DNA of 64,000 bases from NCBI GenBank assembly GCA_002269645.1, contig NIVC01001133.1, positions 1-64,000 of the forward strand, in the 5' to 3' direction. The notes under the pieces were generated by a model. That model saw only the letters and a program-made list of their open reading frames with translations, was not told the origin of the DNA and made no database searches. Made by a program: the position numbers and the translations under genes. Positions within the stretch are counted from its first letter, which is position 1, and every line of letters starts with the position of its first letter. Of this stretch, positions 37,804-50,000 are shown piece after piece. The DNA is from Macrostomum lignano (lineage: Eukaryota).

Positions 37804-40800
37804 TTATTTATCTATCTATCTATCTATCTATTTATCTATCTTACTAAAGTATTCTAGCTGGAGTCGGCAATGAGAAGACAAGATCTGAGAGTCTGGTAGC
37901 TGCAGATGACACTGACCGGTCGATGCTGACGGCGCAGTGTTAACAGAACGCGAGAGAGGAGCTCAGGAAGAGAGGAGAGCAGGCAGTGCTCGGATCAATG
38001 GCGAATGCGAGGGAGAACGGGAGTGGTAGAAGTGAAGTCGCGGGAGTTCCCGGACTTGTTGTCAATGCAGCTGATCGATGACTTTCACTTTCAACTCGAG
38101 CAACAGGCCAAGCCGGGGAGCTGTTGGAGTTCGTGCAGAGATAACGGGGACGTAGAGGCTGTTGAAGCGAGAGTATAAATAACTATATATAGAAGTTCAG
38201 AGACAGAAAGTTTTAGTAGACAGTTCTGGAGTAGTTACACAAATTCAGATATTTGTTTGCACTTCTAGATAGAAGCAATATGATATGTCTGCTAGCGTTC
38301 CTGTAGTAGCAAAAACATTGTCAGAAATGTATTTATGCATGTAGCATTTCTGTCTGACAGGTAGATCATCTCACTGTCTAACAGGTAGATAATCTCAATG
38401 TCTAACAGGTGGATAATCTCACTCTCTAACAGTTAGATACTCTCACTGTCTAACAGTTAGATACTCTCACTATCTATCAGGTGGATAATCTTACTATCTA
38501 ACAGGTATATAATCTCACTGTCTAACAGGTTGATAATCTCACTGTCTAACAGGTAGATAATCTCACTGTCTAACAGGTTGATAATCTCACTGTCTAACAG
38601 ATAGATAATTTCACTGTCTAACAGGTAGATAATCTCACTGTCTAACAGATAGATAATTTCACTGTCTAACAGGTAGATAATCTCACTGTCTAACAGGTAG
38701 ATAATCTCACTGTCTAACAGGTAGATAATCTCACTGTCTAACAGGTAGATAATCTCACTGTCTAACAGGTAGATAATCTCACTGTCTAACAGGTAGATAA
38801 TCTTACTATCTAACAGGTATATAATCTCACTGTCTAGCAAGTAGATAATCTCACTGTCTAACAGGTAGATCATCTCACTGCCTAACAGGTAGATAATCTC
38901 ACTGTCTAACAGGTAGATAATCTCACCGTCTAACAGGTAGATAATCTCACTGTCTAACAGGTAGATAATCTCACTGTCTAACAGGTAGATAATCTTACTA
39001 TCTAACAGGTATATAATCTCACTGTCTAGCAAGTAGATAATCTCACTGTCTAACAGGTAGATCATCTCACTGTCTAACAGGTAGATAATCTCACTGTCTA
39101 ACAGGTAGATAATCTCACTGTCTAACAGGTAAATAATCTTACTATCTAACAGGTATATAATCTCACTGTCTAGCAAGTAGATAATCTCACTGTCTAACAG
39201 GTGGATAATCTCACTGACTGACAGGTAGATACTCTCACTGTCTAGCAGGTAGATTCAGAATCCCTTCCAACAGGTAGATAGTGACGGAGGGTCGACAATC
39301 CCATGTTCCATCCGTGGCTCAAAGTACAAAAACACCATTTGATTAAAAAAATCACCGTCCTTTCATCTGCATCTTTCTTTGAACGCGGCTTTCAAGCCAG
39401 AGGCAGATCTGATGAACTGGAAGGCCCAGAGATAGTGGATTCGCTCAGGCAGAAAGGTTTTCGACTTAATTAAGACCGCGCGGGTCCCTAACCCACGGAC
39501 CAATGATTGAGAATCTTTGCTGAACCCATACTAGTGCTGTGCTATAAAAACTGTAGGTTTGCACCGCATATTACAGTTTCGTGGGGAGGGAGAGGGGTTA
39601 GAAACGCGAGCCGGAACTGCAGAAATGAGCAGAGCGAGTCGAGACTTTACCGAGCTACAGGACGGTCGGTCAAGCAGCTCCTACTAAAGGTTGGTTAGCT
39701 ACTCCTGGCTTCTGTTCGAAGCTTTAGATTGTGAAATGGCTGGTGGTCACGCGATCGAAGCTCTTCAGCCGGCAGACAAGGGGATGCCGAGGCCAGTGAA
39801 CGGTTCATTGATTTCTGGCCTCCTGGAATTGAGAGAAAAATACGACTGGTGGTCACGAAGAGAGGTGAAACGATAGTCGGATTGCGGAAATCAAGTGATT
39901 AGGGGCCTTATTGGAAGTCCTTTGAAAGCTTCTCGCCATTGTTGAAGGTTTTTGTGGACGCATAAAACAAATATCTGCATTCGAGAAAGCAGGGGCGTCC
40001 CATGGATTTTTTGATGGGGGGGGGACAAAGCCACGAATTTGACCTCTACATGCATATTATTTTCAGAATTGGTGCTGTCAGCGCTCATTTTGGCGCCGCA
40101 GACACTCATTTTGGCGCCGCAGGCACTCGTTTTGGCGCCGCAGACACTCATTTTGGCGCCGTAGATACTCATTTTGGCTCCGCAGACACTCATTTTGGCG
40201 CCGCATACACTCATTTTGGCGCCGCAGACACTTGTTTTGGCGCCGCAGACACTCATTTTGGCGCCGCAGGCGCTATGTATTGTCGCTCTGAAGCAAAATA
40301 TTGATTTCCACAGTTGGTCACAAGGTTGGGTTGGGTGGAAAGACAAAGCATTGGAGTGTCCCAGCATAGCTTTTACTGGGGGGGGGGGACATGTCCCCCT
40401 GTCCCCCCAGTGGCGACGCCCCTGAGGGAAAGAATTGGCACAGAATCGGTTGCGGTTATAAAAAGATGATTAAAATTTGTCATACTACAGAAAATCAGTC
40501 GTTGCAGTCGTTAGCTGCATGGATGTCAAATCCAGTCCCCCCCGATCCTCAAACCCGTTCGCATATGATGAGAAAGCCAACCGGTTATTAGAGCCTTCCT
40601 TAGCAACCTGCCTGCCAACCGGACCATCAAGCTATATTGAACTCGTCTCCATTTCCGTATTGGCGACTTACGCAGCGGATCAAGTTTTATATTATGCATA
40701 TATGCTCGCGATTCATGCCTGTTCTGTACGGTGGAGTAATGCGTTCAGATGAGATTGTTAGCTATAAGTGCAGAGACCTTGTGGGCTACGGACTGCATCT

Positions 40801-43800
40801 AGCAAAATTAATGCGCTTTGGATATCACTCGGATGGAGACTTGCTCAGAAACTCAGTTCTCTATCATGGCGTGAGTCTATCATGAATGTCCGAGAATGTA
40901 CTTGGTAAACACCTCATATGATGTCTCAATAGACCTTTATAAAACCTCTAGTGGTGTTTCAATAGTTTTGATTAAACATTTCACATATTTCTATATAAAA
41001 ACCTCAGATGATGTTTCAATAGTCCTAGATAAACACCTCAGATGATGTTTCAATAGTCCTAGATAAACACCTCAGATGATGTTTCAATAGTCCTAGATAA
41101 ACACCTCAGATGATGTTTCAATAGTCCTAGATAAACACCTCAGATGAGGTTTCAATAGGCCTAGATAAACACCTCAGATGATGTTTCAATAGTTCTAGAT
41201 AAACACCTCAGATGATGTTTCAATAGTCCTAGATAAACACCTCAGATGATGTTTCAACATTCCTGGATAAACGTACAAAACGGGATTGTGAAGTGTCTCA
41301 GTTGAATGCTATGTAGTAGTTGAAGAGACTCAGATTAAACAAACTGAAAAACTTAGATTAATGCTTAATACTTCAAGATAAATAACTCAATGCGAGCTAA
41401 ATGCCCTTGGGAGGGCGCAATGATGAGGGCTCGTGTAGTTGGGAAAAAGCCTGCTTTGAAAGCGGATTCAATCGGGTATCCATAGTCACAAAGCAGCTAA
41501 AGCCTCGAAGGCTGAGATGCACCAATTAGCGATGTTTCTGCACAAACTATCTGTGCTAATCACTCTCTCAACCGTAAAGCTATTAGCTGACACAGTTAAG
41601 TCACGCTAAGAACCTGCTGGTGACATCAAATGAATGTCCACTCGCACACACGCACTGTAGCGAAGCCGGTATGAGTAATCAAAGACTTATCCTCAGAAAG
41701 AACCAGCGTCTTGTCCTACTCGCTGTGTCTCTGTGGATTAGCCCAGGACTCTAATGAGGTGTTCTGAAGTTGCCCAGTAGACGGAAGTGCTCAAGAAAGG
41801 CTTGCAAGCCACGCACTACTTCTTCAACGCTCCTGAAGCTCTCGGGGAGGCTGTAGTTGAGAAATGTCAGGCTATAGAGACCCTCCAGGGAGGGCGCATC
41901 AGGCAAAGACAGGAGGGTGCTGGAGGGAAAGGCAGGAGAGAGAGAAACAGAATGCTTGTCAGTGCCCGCCGTGTTTCTGTCTATCAGTCTCAACTCGTCT
42001 CTCCGTGGACACTGGAGCCGCGGGCGAATTCTGGACCAACCCAATGGACTGAGCAGGACGAATTCGAAACAAGATACCGAATAGTTGAAGGCCCATCGCC
42101 TTGGCACCCGATGACACCGCGAGGTCTTTATTTAGGCTTTCTCTTTGGCGTCCCTCGGCCCGGACAGTCCCAGTTTTCGCCCCCGCAATGCCTGAGAGCA
42201 CAAGCCCCAACAACATTTCTCTCTCTCTCTCTCTCTAACTCTGTCCAGTCAATTTTGAGTTTGAAGGCTCAATTACCTATAGGTTGATTCTGTCCAAAAC
42301 CATTCGCCTCAAGACGTATTAGTCTCCTGTAAACTGTGCATAAGCTCTAAACCTCTGCACCAATACTTACTGGTAAAGTAGTATTTACATGCATTCGTAA
42401 GCGGTACTTTTTGTACTTTTGAATCGATAGATAACTGGGCCAACGTTCACAAATTTTAGGAAATATCGCAAAAATTCCACGCAGCGTCTGTCTGGTCTGG
42501 TACAGCCTGGACGTCTTCTTCACCGCGTCCACCATCATTCACCTGTGCACCATATCGATTGATCGCTACTTTGCGCTCAACAATCCGTTGAAATATCACC
42601 GACAGAAGCGCAAGTCAGCTCTAGTAGTGAAGATTGTTTGCACCTGGCTGATACCGTTCTCCATTGCTGGACCGCTGTTCGCTTTCGCGCTGTGGCTGGA
42701 CACGGCAGACGAAGACTCGTTCAAAGGCTGCGGGCCGCACAATGCCTACTTCATCATTACGGCAACGGTTGTGACTTTCTTTCTACCCCTGTTAATCATG
42801 ACCGTGACCTACGTGCTCACCGTGAGCACTATAGTCAGGCAGACTAAGAACGCACGCGATCTCAACGCCTCTCTGCTGCCGCTGGTGGTGCGGCCCAGCG
42901 CCCAAGCGTTCGGCTTGAATCGCGGCGGCCCCGGAGGCGCTGGCGGTCGCAAGAGCACCGGCCTGCTCAGCAGTCCATTCTTCAGCAGGCAGTCGTCGGG
43001 CCTCAGCAACATGCTGCGCTCCAACCAGCAGAACAACTCGCCGATGCCGCTGCGAGCTCGAAAATCGGCAGCTTCATCCTCAGCCGAAGCGGCGGCGGCG
43101 GCGGCCGCTGCAAGTCCAAGTCGTCAGCGGCTTCTTCCGCCAGAGTCGCCAGTGCCCGTGGCGTCAGTCAGGTGTCACCGGTCATATTCGCCGTCGACGC
43201 TTCTAGAGCCGCCGCAGAATGCGTCGCCGTCGCGGCAGCAGTCATCGTCTGGTGACGTTGACGACTCCAGCGGTGGTGGCAGCGGCGGGATGGTGCGGCT
43301 GCTGCGGGTGCCCAGCAGGGTGTCCGTCTCCTCCGTGTACTCTGACGATGGCATGCTGCCGTCATCGCCCTCGCCAGACCGGCGGCGCAACGACAGCATC
43401 TCCAGCGGACAAGGCGGCGACGGCGGCGGCGCTGAAGGCGGATGCGCCGATCACGGCAACGGGGAGAACTGCACCGACGGGACCTGCGGCGGAGTGGCTG
43501 ACAAGAAGCTGAGCTTCACTTTGGTCACGCAAAACGCTAAACGGACATTCAAGCCGACCACGAGCAGCGAGCAGAAGAAGCGCATGGACTACATCCATCG
43601 CGGCTCGAAAGCCGTGCAAGTCCTCGGCATTCTCTTCGGCCTGTTCGTCGCCTGCTACCTGCCGTTCTTCATCACCTATCTGATCGACTACTTCTGCCTG
43701 GCCTGCCGTTTCGTGACGTCAACCATGGTGCCCATTCTCGAATGGGTGGCCTACAGCGCATCCATGCTGAACCCGATTGTGTACCACTTTTTCAATCCGA

Positions 43801-43907
43801 CATTTCGCAAAACTTTCCACCGGCTGATGCGCTGTCAGTGCCAGCGCTACGGCTCCGTCAAGCGGCCCAACTACGTGTTCAGCTACAAGATTGGGAGGCC
43901 GACTTAA
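31216..43907 (+). CDS. HTR2: Class A aminergic GPCR, 5-HT2-like serotonin receptor (567 aa, 2 exons)
   Basis: Exon 31216-31471 (TM1-2: GNVLV, LAISDLL) and exon 42460-43907 ([24 protein letters not shown]; FFLPLLIM; [21 protein letters not shown]; NPIVY). Phase 1 GT-AG intron of about 11 kb. The subtype assignment is by motif similarity only. Confidence 0.85.
32326..33075. repeat. 55-bp minisatellite GGCTTATCTTTGAAGGTTGAACTGCAAGCCCAATTGTAGCTCAATGCAGGATAAT
   Basis: Period 55 (32341, 32396, 32451 ...). Confidence 0.95.
34400..35082. repeat. 21-bp minisatellite TCATTGCCTCAG(A/G)TGGCGCC(C/A)(C/T)TA
   Basis: Direct reading. Confidence 0.95.
36160..36575. repeat. Pyrimidine-rich 14-bp repeat CTCTCTGACTCTCC
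   Basis: Direct reading. Confidence 0.9.
37030..37112. repeat. Short GGCGCCCC array (15-16 bp units)
   Basis: Direct reading. Confidence 0.8.
37610..37845. repeat. (CTAT)n microsatellite
   Basis: Direct reading. Confidence 0.95.
38350..39282. repeat. 24-bp minisatellite TCTAACAGGTAGATAATCTCACTG
   Basis: Direct reading. Confidence 0.95.
39990..40424. mobile_element. hAT-like MITE with an internal 21-bp GGCGCC array
   Basis: TIR CAGGGGCGTC / GACGCCCCTG; 8-bp flanks cgagaaag / agggaaag match at 6 of 8 positions. Confidence 0.6.
40995..41272. repeat. 34-bp minisatellite AAACACCTCAGATGATGTTTCAATAGTCCTAGAT
   Basis: Period 34 (41031, 41065 ...). Confidence 0.93.
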
Positions 43908-44164
43908 ACTAATCCCATGGACAGCTGAAGTACAAGGACGCTGCACTTGCGAATCAGTTGTAACTCTCGCTTTAGGCAGGTTTTCGTTGCAAAATGCATT
44001 GGCGTGGCAGAAATTTTTGCACTACAGCTAGCAGGGACAGAAACAGCTGATATTTCACCGGAACTTTGCTTGCTTGCCGCGGTCTCCGGTTGCAGCAGCT
44101 CAGGAAAAATACCTTGCTTGCTTCATCTGGAAGGAATTCCAGAAGGTTAGACCTTTGGAAGTTA

Positions 44165-44760
44165 GCACTGGGGGGATTACTGAGATGTCAAGGCTTACTG
44201 GGGGAATTGCTGAGATGTCAAGGCTTACTGGGGGTATTGCTGAGATGTCAAGGCTTACTGGGGGTATTGCTGAGATGTCAAGGCTTACTGGGGGTATTGC
44301 TGAGATGTCAAGGCTTACTGGGGGAATTGCTGAGATGTCAAGGCTTACTGGAGGAATTGCTGAGATGTCAAGGCTTACTGGGGGAATTGCTGAGATGTCA
44401 AGGCTTACTGGGGGTATTGCTGAGATGTCAAGGCTTACTGGGGGTATTGCTGAGATGTCAAGGCTTACTGGGGGAATTGCTGAGATGTCAAGGCTTACTG
44501 GAGGAATTGCTGAGATGTCAAGGCTTACTGGGGGAATTGCTGAGATGTCAAGGCTTATTGGGGGAATTGCTGAGATGTCAAGGCTTACTGGGGGAATTGC
44601 TGAGATGTCAAGGCTTATTGGGGGAATTGCTGAGATGTCAAGGCTTACTGGGGGAATTACTGAGATGTCAAGGCTTACTGGGGAATTGCTGATGTCAAGG
44701 CAATTACTGTGGGTATTGCTGAGATGTCAAGGCTTACTGGGGTAGTTGCTGAGATGTCAA
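44165..44760. repeat. 30-bp minisatellite GGGGAATTGCTGAGATGTCAAGGCTTACTG
   Basis: Direct reading. Confidence 0.95.
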
Positions 44761-45599
44761 ACTACTGTTTCGGTAAACTATTTATTTTATTAACTAAATG
44801 CGATAGTTGAAAAATGATTAATTTTGATATTGCGTTTTTTGTAAATCTGTAGCCATTTTCATTGTTTTTAAATTGGACGTCGCATATCATATCGTCTTAG
44901 CATATCCAATGTCTCCTGTGAAAATGTTCAGATGTTCGTTAAAAAGTATTTTTTTAATGATGAATCGTATAAGAAGTAATTTGCATACTAATAGTAGTCA
45001 GACGTTTGCATGGATACATAATTCTAATTTATATAGTGCGTATAATATCGTTAATCTAATCTACAAATCGAAAAATGCAGCGATTCAATTATTCATTGCA
45101 AAATAACAAATCGCATGCAAATAAATTTAAGTAAACATCTTCTATCCATTTGATGTTGTTTATAACCAGGTGACATACAAAAATGTGTTATTTTTCAAGT
45201 ACTTGTGCACTTGTCGTCAAGATTGGAGCTGTTGTTCTTAAATACATCCTCAATGTCGTTGCGTTCGTGACTTTTGTAAAAAAATTTTAAATTGTAAATT
45301 CGTTTTGCGCAAGCGGGTGATTAATAAAATATGAGAAGGTTGAACTGAGAACCGACCGGCTCGAGTGTACATTCTCTATTAAATGACAACTACTTGAAAC
45401 AATACGAGTATTATACAAAAATAAATTCAGATTCACGAGTATATTTGAGCAAAGTGACAACGAATGTACAGCATAGTACTACTGTTCTTTGGAGCAAAAC
45501 AGCTATTTTTTAAAAGTAAATTTGCAAAACTAAATTTACTGTCGAAAGCCTGTCGTTAAAAAGGTTATAAAACATCATTTTTGGGTCATATTTGCGGCG

Positions 45600-45990
45600 A
45601 TTTTTAGGTCAGATCAGGGGCGATTCTTAGGTCAGAACAATCACGATTCTTAGGTCAGATCAAGGGCGATTCTCAGGTCAGATTAAAAGCGGATTTTAGG
45701 TCAGATCAAGGGAGATTCTTAGGTCAGATCAGGGAAGATTCTTAGGTCAGATCAGGGAAGATTCTTAGGTCAGATCAGGGAAGATTCTTAGGTCAGATCA
45801 AGGGAGATTCTTAGGTCAGATCAGGGAAGATTCTTAGGTCAGATCAAGGGAGATTCTTAGGTCAGATCAGGGAAGATTCTTAGGTCAGATCAGGGAAGAT
45901 TCTTAGGTCAGATGAAGAGCGATTTTTAGGTCAGATCAAGGGCGATTCCTAAGTCGGATCAAAAGCGGTTCTTAGGTCAGATCAGGGGCA
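45600..45990. repeat. Minisatellite TTCTTAGGTCAGATCA(A)GGGA(A)GA
   Basis: Direct reading. Confidence 0.9.
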
Positions 45991-46561
45991 TTCGTTAGAA
46001 CAGTTCCAAGGCAATTTGAATTGAGTCATGGGTCAGATCGGGTTCGAGTCACTGCCATATCCTTGGATAGCGAGGCCGGATACGCAAACAAACAAATAAA
46101 AGCAAACTCGGTTTTACAACTAAAAGAAACGAATGAAGCGCAGTTGAAAATGCATCAATAGACTCATGTCAAGTTATGGAAGAAGTTTTTAATTAGATTT
46201 GAAAGCAAAGCAACAGTTAAATGTAATTCACTCATAGCACCAAGTTAATTAAAAGTACTGTTAGAAAAATAACTTTACAAAAATAAAATTCTGTATTAAC
46301 TAAGCGTACTGCAAAAACACAAAAGTTCAGCTTGCGACACTACATGTATAAGAATTCATATAGAAAATTTGCATAACTACCAAAGAAACCGTATGCACAG
46401 GTAAATGGTGAGCTTAACCAAAAGTTTACGCAATTTAATTAACACCGGAATATTTGTGATTCGTGATTAAACAAAAAACTGTTTTGTATTAATAGGAAAT
46501 GCAAAGTTTCAAATTGAATTATTGTTTAATAAGCTTTCTTGGCTGGGTCTGATCATCACTG

Positions 46562-46985
46562 TTTAGGGACGATTCTCAGGTAAGTTCAGGGGCGATTCTC
46601 AGGTGAGTTCAGGGACGATTCTCAGGTGAGATTAGGGACGATTCTCAGGTGAGATCAGGGACGATTCTCAGGTGAGATTAGGGACGATTCTCAGGTGAGT
46701 TCAGGGACGATTCTCAGGTGAGATTAGGGACGATTCTCAGGTGAGATCAGGGACGATTCTTAGGTGAGTTCAGGGACGATTCTCAGGTGAGATTAGGGAC
46801 GATTCTCAGGTGAGATTAGGGACGATTCTTAGGTGAGATCAGGGACGATTCTCAGGTGAGATTAGGGACGATTCTCAGGTGAGATTAGGGACGATTCTTA
46901 GGTGAGTTCAGGGACGATTCTCAGGTGATATTAGGGAAGATTCTCAGGTGAGTTCACCTGAGGTCCGAGACGATTCTCGGGTGAG
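46562..46985. repeat. Minisatellite GGGACGATTCTCAGGTGAG(AT/TT)(T/C)A
   Basis: Direct reading. Confidence 0.9.
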
Positions 46986-47072
46986 TTACATGATGTTTAT
47001 CCAAGAATTCTCAGAGCAGTTCAGGTGCCCATTTTGGTGATAGTCCAGGGAAGATACCTCGAATACTTGCAA

Positions 47073-50000
47073 CTAATTTTTCCTGCGGATCCGATAGAAC
47101 AGCCAGTTAACGGTGACGGACCAGTTGCCGGCTTTGGCTTCGTCAAATTTCTTGTTAAAATGCCGTTCGGCAGCCTGATCGCTGGCGTTGGACTGCAGAC
47201 TCTCCTGGTGAAAGACAAACGAGCGATAGGTTTCAGGAGACTTCCAGGACGTTTTTTAAGTGAGTTCAGGGACCATTCTTAGATAGAGTTCAGGGACCAT
47301 TCTTAGATAGAGTTCAGGGACAATTCTTAGATAGAGTTCAGGGACCATTCTTAGATAGGGTTCAGGGACCATTCTTAGATAGGGTTCAGGGACCAGTCTT
47401 AGATAGAGTTCAGGGACAATTCTTAGATAGAGTTCAGGGACCATTCATAGATAGGGTTCAGGGACCAGTCTTAGATAGAGTTCAGGGACCATTCTTAGAT
47501 AGGGTTCAGGGACCAGTCTTAGATAGAGTTCAGGGACCATTCTTAGATAGAGTTCAGGGACCAGTCTTAGATAGAGTTCAGGGACCATTCTTAGATAGAG
47601 TTCAGGGACCAGTCTTAGATAGGGTTCAGGGACCATTCTTAGATAGAGTTCAGAGACAATTCTTAGATAGAGTTCAGGGACCATTCTTAGATAGAGTTCA
47701 GGGACCATTCTTAGATAGAGTTCAGGGACCATTCTTAGATAGAGTTCAGTGACCATTCTTAGATAGGGTTCAGGGACCAGTCTTAGATAGAGTTCAGGGA
47801 CCAGTCTTAGATAGAGTTCAGGGACCATTCTTAGATAGGGTTCAGGGACCAGTCTTAGATAGAGTTCAGGGACCATTCTTAGAAAGAGTTCAGGGACCAT
47901 TCTTAGATAGGGTTCAGGGACCAATCTTAGATAGGGTTCAGGGACCATTCTTAGATAGGGTTCAGGGACCATTCTAGATAGGGTTCAGGGACCATTCTTA
48001 GATAGGGTTCAGGGACCATTCTAGATAGGGTTCAGGGACCATTCTTAGATAGGGTTCAGGGACCATTCTTACGAGCTAGATAGGGTTCAGGGACCATTCT
48101 TAGATAGGGTTCAGGGACCATTCTTAGATAGAGTTCAGGGACCATTCTTAGATAGAGTTCAGGGACAATTCTTAGATAGGGTTCAGGGACCATTCTTAGA
48201 TAGGGTTCAGGGACCATTCTTAGATAGGGTTCAGGGACCATTCTTAGATAGGGTTCAGGGACCATTCTTAGGCTTCTTAGGTGAGTTCAGGGACCATTCA
48301 TAGGTGAGTGTATCTTAGGAAGTTTCAAGAGGAAGACAAGAAACTCACAATCAGGTAATCCAAATCCGCCGTATCCTTGAGCTCGTCCAATCCGACTTTG
48401 ACCATCAGGGCGAACAAGTTGAGCAGCAGGTCACTTCGCTGTCGAATAGCCATGTAGGCCCTGACGCACAGGTCTCTGAAGTGGGCATCGATATTCACGC
48501 TGCCAGTCAGCCTGCCCAGCTCAGTCAGCGCGTCCAGAAACTCCTGGGCCAGCACGAACGGCACCCGCTCTCGTTTGATGCCCAGCTTTGACTTGAAGTT
48601 GCCAAGAATATGGCCGAAGTCGATGTGGAAGAGGACGCCATTCTTCCTCAGCATAATGTTGCCGCAGTGCCGGTCACCGATGCCCAGAATGTAGGTGGCC
48701 ACCGAGTAGCCGGCCAGGGAGGACATGAACCGGTGCAGAGCTGCCACGAGTTCAGCGTCTGTCCGGTTGTACTTTTTCAGGTAGGCGGTCACGCGGGAGA
48801 GGCTGGGCTCGTCTGCACTATTGATGATCTTTGCCACCGTGTCGGCGTCTTGGACAACCTGACGACAAGGGGGGGGGGGCAGATTGTAAGACAATTGCCA
48901 GAATTTGTAGCATCTATAATTAATAATAACTTTGGAAAATTTTAAAAATATTCTAACATTTTTGGGTATATCTAACCTTAACCTACGCTACTGTTAGTAT
49001 TATTAGTCTGGTTTACGAAATTTGACACTTCCAGCCATTTGATCGTCCAACCGAAAACGAAACCTAGCTTAAATCATAAACTCGTAAGCTAAACCCTAAA
49101 CCCAAAATCATAATACAAAACCTTACCTAAATCTCAAAACTAACCCTAACAAACTAAACCTAAACCCTACTAAAACCTAAGCCCAAATCTAAACTCAAAC
49201 CCAAACCTAACCTAAACTAAAAACTAAACCCAAAATCTAAACTAAACCTTAACCCAAATCTAAACCTAAACCCTATCCAAACCTAAACCCAAACATAAAC
49301 TTTAACCTAAACCGTAACCTAAACCCCAACTCTAAACCCAAAACCTACACCCGAACTTAAACCGCAACCCTAACCTAAATCATAATAAAGTAGATTATAG
49401 ATAACCAAAATGGAAAGATACCCATACCCGGTAACAACCGTAAGAAATCACGCATATTACTCTCACCTCAATGAAGCCTTTCCTATCGCCGCAGGTGACC
49501 ACCTCGTACAAGTTGAGGCTGATGTCCAACCCACTCTGCTCCCAGACAAAAGACATGAGCCGCAGACAGTGCAGAATCAGCATGTCCTGTCGAAGGTCAT
49601 CGCCGCACTTGAAGATCAGGCTGGTGATCCCGGAAGCTGTGTCATCACGGCTCCAGGCCAGCAGCAGGGGTCGCATCTTCGAGTCCAGCACCCGGCAGCG
49701 CTCGAGATCGGGCCGGCACAGCAGGATGTCCGGGTGGGCCGGCGACCACACGTTGCTGAGGGCTTCCAGCTGGGCCTCAACTCCGCTGCGCAGCTGCCGG
49801 GTGGCGTCTTCGATTTTCGAACGGCTGGCCTGGTAAGGCGCGGCACGGATAGTACACTGTCGGGCTTGCATTCCTGACACCCTCTGGTGGCATTCCTGAC
49901 ACCCTCTGGTGGCATTCCTGACACCCTTCTGGTGGCATTCCTGACACCCTTCTGGTGGCATTCCTGACACCCTTCTGGTGGCATTCCTGACACCCTTCTG

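Noticed and set aside
41751-42287. 166-aa ORF, possible decayed LINE
   Set aside because: GC-rich, but no motif I can identify with confidence; needs a homology search.
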